The notes beneath the pieces were generated by a model. The model worked only from the letters and a program-made list of their open reading frames with translations. It ran no database searches and was not told where the DNA came from. Position numbers and translations under genes: made by a program. A stretch of 64,000 bases of DNA, from assembly GCF_009914755.1 (NCBI RefSeq), contig NC_060941.1; one strand, written 5' to 3'. Positions 57,633 through 64,000 of this stretch are shown piece after piece. Within the stretch, counting starts at the first letter, position 1. Every line of letters starts with the position of its first letter. Source of the DNA: the human T2T-CHM13v2.0 reference genome, Homo sapiens.

Positions 57633-58395
57633 TGAAGTATGCTCAGCATTATTATTTTCTGCTTTTATATTACCTTCTACAGTAGTCACAATAGTTACAT
57701 TATAATTCTGAGTAGGTGAAGCTGATGTTTATATTGCTGCCAGAAAAAAAATTTTAATAGAGAATAAGAGCTATCATGCAAAACAACTGGAGAATTTCTT
57801 TAAGGGTTTGAAGAGGATTATGAGCCACAAGCTTTAAAATACAGTCTAGATTTCTGTTTCTTGGCTCTGTTGCAAACCAATTTTGAAAGGAATGTTGTTA
57901 TCTGATGAATGTTATCTGATGATTAATGTTTTATTAAAACTGAGTATCAAAAGGCACATAATACATTTTTGTATTATAACACAAGATGCCTACTATATCT
58001 ACATATTAAAGACTTACTCTTCTGTTAATCCCTGTAAATCCTCTTTGGTACTGTGGAACAGAAAGCTGCCCTTAAAATCTAAAGGTATTATTTGTTTTAC
58101 ATAGTTTCTTTTACATGTCTTAAAGTGAAAGAGCATTGGTTAGAATTCATTTGTGTAGAAGTAAAACTTCCATTACAATGAAGGGCATAAAATATGGATG
58201 CTGTTTTCTGGTTCCTTACCAGAGCAATGATATTTTATTTTCTTGGTTAAAATTTATTCTATACAGTGAATTATCCAGTACAATAACTGCCTTATCTCGT
58301 CCCTAACCAAGTAACATTTTTTATAATGACACTGATTATATGCTGGTTGCCCTGGAGAGAAGAAAGAATTAAACTACAGCTGAGTCATCACAGCA

Positions 58396-58709
58396 TTTTT
58401 CTTTTTCTTTCTTTTCTTTTCTTTTTTTTTTTTTTTTAGATGGAGTTTCACTCTTGTTGCTCAGGCTGGAGTGCAATGACACATTCTCAACCCCCGCCTC
58501 TCAGGTTCAAGCGATTCTCCTGCCTCAGCCTCCTGAGTAGCTGGGATTACAGGCGCCCGCCACCATTCCCAGCTAATTTTTTTGTATTTTTAGTAGACAG
58601 GGTTTCACCATGTTGGCCAGGCTGGTTTTGAACTCCTGACCTCAGGTGATCCACCCACCTCAGCCTTCCAAGGTACTGGGATTACAGGTGTGAGCCACCG
58701 CCCCCGGCC
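58396..58709 (-). mobile_element. Alu (AluSq/Sp-like)
   Basis: TSD atcacagcattttt on both sides. Confidence 0.92.
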
Positions 58710-59484
58710 ATCACAGCATTTTTCTAATGAAAACTTTTAATAACTGCAGTCCCTCAGTCATTTCTTCTCAAACATCCAAACAAGAAAAATAAACACTAAA
58801 ATTATGAAAATCACCCATTTAAATAATTTAATACATCATCTCCTTTATGCCTGCTACTGTATCCATAGTGATGTAGTCACTGAAACATAGTAGGTGTTCA
58901 CTAAATGTGTGCTGAATGAGTGAAATGAACCTAAGAACTCAGAGGAAGGGAAAAAGAAGAAACTTAGTATGTTATAAATATATATAAATAACATATGTTC
59001 TCTCTACTAAGAATTTCTCTTTAGACTTTCTAATTTACTGCAAAAAGGCTTATAAGCCTGAACAACTACAACTATGACTTCTTAATCTGTGTTTATAATC
59101 TAATTTCACTACCTTGGGGGTTAGGAGGGTAGGGAGTGGTATATCTTTTAGTGGTTTTTGATTTTTCATTGTTTTAAATTTCTGCTAAATTATCTTCTTC
59201 CATGGAAGGGAGGCTACATACAAGGTAAATGCGAATGGCATATCAGAAGGAAGGTGCGTAAAACTTTACTGGATCAGAATTCTGCCATATCCACCACCTA
59301 AGATCAATCAGTGTGAGGGAAAGGGAATAAATGTAATTAGATAACATAATTGTCTATAAAACAAAGAGAATTTCAGGAAAATATCTGTTAGCAAAATATA
59401 ACACATTTATCCTCAAAAATCAAGGAAAAAAGAGAAATACATGAAGTTTATCTTAACACTATCCTTTGAGAGACTGAGTGTGTA

Positions 59485-59980
59485 GACAGACAGTGACCAT
59501 ATATAAAAATAGAACTCTGTCCTCTGGTCTGCAGCAACCAACCCAAGAAACCAACCTGCTATCTACAAGTCAGACCACTGTCTCTAGCAGACAGTCCAAG
59601 AAGATAACAGTAACCCTTGTAACAATCAGGACAAAATGGCCAGGGCTTGATTATTAACTGATGACCTCTCTAATTTTTGCCCTTGCTTCCAACTTAAGAC
59701 CAACTGGAGAAAGCCAAATATGCACCCCTAATCAATCTCATGGTATGCCCTGTTTCTAGTTAACCTGCCTGTAGCTTCTCCAAGCCAGGTGCTTCCAGTT
59801 AGCGCATATCTGAAGCCTTTCCTTTTTTCTATTATAAAACTTTCCCATTCCTGTGCCTGCCTTTGGGTCTCTGCCAAATGCAGGTGATTGTGGCTGACTC
59901 CCCTGCTGTAGCAAGTGCTGAATAAACAGGCTTTTCCTGTTAATATTGGGGTGATCTTCACTTCATGCCCTTTTCACATA
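59485..59980 (+). mobile_element. Solo ERV1-type LTR (MER39/MER34-like)
   Basis: ataaaaatagaactctg...agaaagccaaatatgcacccc...tataaaac...aataaac. Confidence 0.65.
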
Positions 59981-61517
59981 ATTACACTGTTCTAAGAATA
60001 TGTATGACTTCCATGCTTGAACATACATACACAAAATAAATTTTTTAATAATAATCAGACTTATTCATATAAAAAAATTAAGTGATGTAACTGGCTTCCT
60101 TATGCTTTATGAGAACAATAGCATAGCACCGATGGTAGTAAAAATGACAAGAACACTATTTCACCTGGAACAATAGCTACTATAATTCCACTCTACAAGT
60201 TCTTTCTTTTACTGGCCTGGGTTGTTAACACCTTCACCTTAGCATCCTCCCCTACAGCCACTTGTGCCATTCTCTTTTGTTGGTACCTTATGAACTTCAT
60301 GACAGCTGCCATGCTGTCACTGCCAGTGACGAAGGCAGATTTTTGACATGACTTTGGCATCTATTAATGTCTTAGTGATGCATAATTTTCCACATTAATT
60401 GATTTGACTTAGTCATCTCTTGGCAGTAAAGCTATGCAGGGTGAGGTAAAGCCCTTTTCTGGTATACTCTTTCAATTCTTTACAGTACTTCTAGTTTTAC
60501 AGCTCTTTTGTTACCCTCATTTTCTTACAGCCTTATACTACCTCCACTCCACCTACCTTTATCCCCACTTGGAGAAACTTGAAATCTGTTTCCTGGAATT
60601 AAGTTGGAAAACACAAAGTTTCAAAGTGTTGCCCCCCCAAATTGTTGCTCCTACGAACATTAAAGAAAGTTTCTGTATACATTTAGGGACATGCTTGAAG
60701 AATTGAGAATGTAATCTTTGTCCATCTCCGTTTCTGGTTTAAGAAACCTGATGCTAGAGCTAATTAATTCCTTAGCATATCATCATTATTTCTACCAAAT
60801 TTGGTGTAAATAAAGCCCCTGGTAACCTGCTTTGATATGTCAGTATTCCAGAGTAAATGCGGAGATTCCCCTCTCCTACTCTAACTACTTTTACATTACA
60901 TAAATATGTTTGTATGTTAGCAGAGCAATATATAAACACAAATACCTGTAATATAGATTTCTATAATTGCATTTATATAAATGTAATTACATATATAAAT
61001 GTGTTCAGAAGAGAAGGTCAGTGAGGTCACTATATAAAAATGAATGGTATTGCTATATTCTAGCAAAGAACCATTGGAAAATTAAATCCAAAAACAATTT
61101 AATTTACAACAGCATCCAGTATCATAAAATTATCAGAGATAAATTTAGCAAAATTTGATCAAGACTTGTACACTAAAAATTATAAATAAACATTGTTAAG
61201 ACCAATTAAAGACAACCAACAGATTTCTCATGTTTATGGATTATAAGATCCAATATTGGTAAAATAGCAATTTCCCCAAATTGAGTGAACATAATCCAAA
61301 GAAAAAAACTATTTGTAGACATTTGCAAACTAATACGAACATGCAAATGACCTAGAATACCCAAAGCAATTTTTCAAAAGGATAACGAAGTTTAAAGCAA
61401 TTTTACAAAAGAATAATAAAGTTAAAGGACTTATTTTTAAATAAAAATGTTAGGGAAATTAAGTGGAGAAATGGACATTGACCCTTACCTCATACCATAC
61501 ACAAAAGTTAAGATTTA

Positions 61518-61781
61518 GCTGAGGCTGAAGGATTGCTTAAACCTAGGAGTTTGTGACCAGCCCTGGCAACCTAGCAAGATCCGGTCTCTAGAAAAAATTT
61601 AAGAATTAGCCAGGTGCAGTGCTGTGTGCCTGTAGTCTCAGCTATTCAAGAGGCTAAGGCAAGAGGATTGCTGGAGCCCAGTAGTTTGAGGCTGCAGTGA
61701 GCTATGTTGGTGCCACTGCACTCTTACCTGGGCGACGGAGTGAGACCCTGTCTCCCCCCCCCAAAAAAAAAAAAAAAAAAA
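61518..61781 (+). mobile_element. 5'-truncated Alu (AluJ-like) inside L1
   Basis: TSD aagatttag. Confidence 0.85.
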
Positions 61782-62749
61782 GATTTAGACCTAAATGTAA
61801 GAGCTAGGACTGAATCTTTGCAACCTTGGGGCAAGCAAAGATTTCTTGGATAGGACATGAGAAATGTGAGTCATAAAAGAAAAATGTGCAAAATTGGACT
61901 TTACCTAAATTTAAAAGTTTTGTTCTTCAAAATACAGTGTTTAGAAAATGGAAAGTGGAGCCATAAAATAGGAGAAAATATCAGTGTACATATACCTGAC
62001 ACCCTTGATCCAAAATAAATAAACCCTTACTACTAATTAACAAGAAGACAACTGAATTTTTTTTGGCTTGAAACAACCACCATTTTATTATGACAACTGA
62101 AGTTTTAAAATGGATGAAATATTTGAACAGTTGTTCACAAAAGAAGATGTAAGAGTGGTCACTAAACACGTGAAAAGATGTTCAACACCATTATCAGGAG
62201 AACTGCAAATTAAAACCAGAATGAGATACCACTGTGTATTTATTAGTATAACTAAAATTAAAAAGGCTCTCACTGCCAAGTGTTGGCGAGAATATGGAGG
62301 AACAGGAACTCTCATGCACAGCCTGGGAGAGTATAAAGTCACCAGTCACTTTGGAAACTGGCAATTTCTTATGAAGCTAAAATTATAAACTTTATAACTC
62401 AGCCATTACACACCTATGTGTTTTCCAAAGAGAAATTAAAATATATGTCCACTTAAAGACTTTACATGGACATTTATAGCACTTTTATACATATCAGCCA
62501 AAAACTGGAAACAATACAATGTTTATCAGCAGGGAAACAACAAAATGTGGTATCCATACAAAGGAATACTGCTCAGCTATGAAAAGGAGCAAACTATTAA
62601 CATACTCAACAACATGACGATCTGTAAAACAGGCTGAATGAAAAACCAGACTAGAATACATACTGTTTAATTCCTTATATAACCTATTTAATTACTTATA
62701 TAAGCTTATGTAAGATTATAGAAAATAGAAACTAAAATAACAGAAAAAA

Positions 62750-63166
<417 letters not shown>

Positions 63167-63206
63167 TTACCAGATGTATATATTTATCAAAATTTACTGA
63201 ATTGCG

Positions 63207-63507
63207 GCTGGGCACGGTGGCTCACACCTGTAATCCCAGCACTTTAGGAGGCCGAGGTGGGCGGATCACTTGAGGTCAGGAGTTTGAGACCAGTCTGGCC
63301 AACATGGTGAAACCCCATCTCTACTAAAAATACAAAAAATTAGCTGGGCATGGTGGCACACACCTGTAGTCCCAGCTACTCAAGAGTCTGAGGTGGGAGA
63401 ATCGCTAGAACCCAGGAGGTGGAGGTTGCAGTGAGCCATGACTGTGCCATTGTACTCCAGCCTGGGTGACAGAGTGAGACTCTGTCTCAAAAAAAAAAAA
63501 AAAAAAA
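63207..63507 (+). mobile_element. Alu (AluSx-like) inside L1
   Basis: TSD aaaattta(c/t)tgaattg. Confidence 0.92.
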
Positions 63508-63744
63508 CACAAAATTTATTGAATTGTATATGTTATATAGGTAATAGTTTATTATTTGCCAATTATAGTTTTAGAAAGAGAAGATCAGTAGATGAATAGG
63601 AAATGGAATTGAATCTGGAATAAGATAGCAACTAGATGGTAGTGAGTGAGTAGGAAAATGACTAAGAGAATGCTTAGATTGAGCAGAAAATATATGGTAA
63701 GAAAAGCCACTAGAATTTTATCGTAGTCTGCTAATTAAGTTATG

Positions 63745-64000
63745 GTTGTATTTGAGTCAAATACCTAAAAATTAAATGCCTACAATAATGGTACATGAGA
63801 AACCACTCCAAAACTTACAGCAACCAAAAATAAGCACTTTAAAAAACTCATGGGCTTGCAAGTATTGGTTGAAATGGCTCTGATTCGTGCTGTAGGTTGG
63901 CTGGATGGCTCTAGCATTCAAGTTGAGCTCATCATCTGTGATTGTTTCTGGGTTCAGGCTGAAGGGGTATCAGCCAGGAGCTTCTCCTGGTGTATCACCA
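63745..64000 (-). mobile_element. MLT1-type LTR fragment (cut by window edge)
   Basis: aaaccactccaaaactta...aagcact...ctcatggg. Confidence 0.45.

Overview
This is primate (almost certainly human) genomic DNA: AT-rich, CpG-depleted and repeat-dense, with about 38 Alu copies or fragments plus MIR, L2, old L1M, MaLR/ERV LTRs and hAT/TcMar DNA transposon fossils. It reads as the interior of a very large intron region of a + strand gene. Only one convincing coding exon is present: a 111-nt, frame-preserving (phase 1-1) exon at 37499-37609 encoding (A)PLRKAKFVESPRIPESELGSPTLTSAQKLDVDAYCP(G). I recognise this from memory as an N-terminal cassette exon of TANC2 (paralogous to TANC1 'PVRKPKYVESPRVP'). 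Its surroundings look like a neuronally regulated exon: a ~160-nt AG-free CU-rich tract with a distant branch point, and downstream TGCATG RBFOX sites. Nearly all ORFs in the supplied track are Alu-derived or random. I find no evidence for a new biological system. The observations most worth checking are the splicing architecture of that exon, a candidate poison exon, strong RFX X-boxes, and several local rearrangement scars (a recent trimeric Alu, its reciprocal monomeric Alu, and a complex templated insertion into a MIR). Repeat family and subfamily names come from recalled consensus sequences, not a database search, and boundaries of old repeats are approximate.
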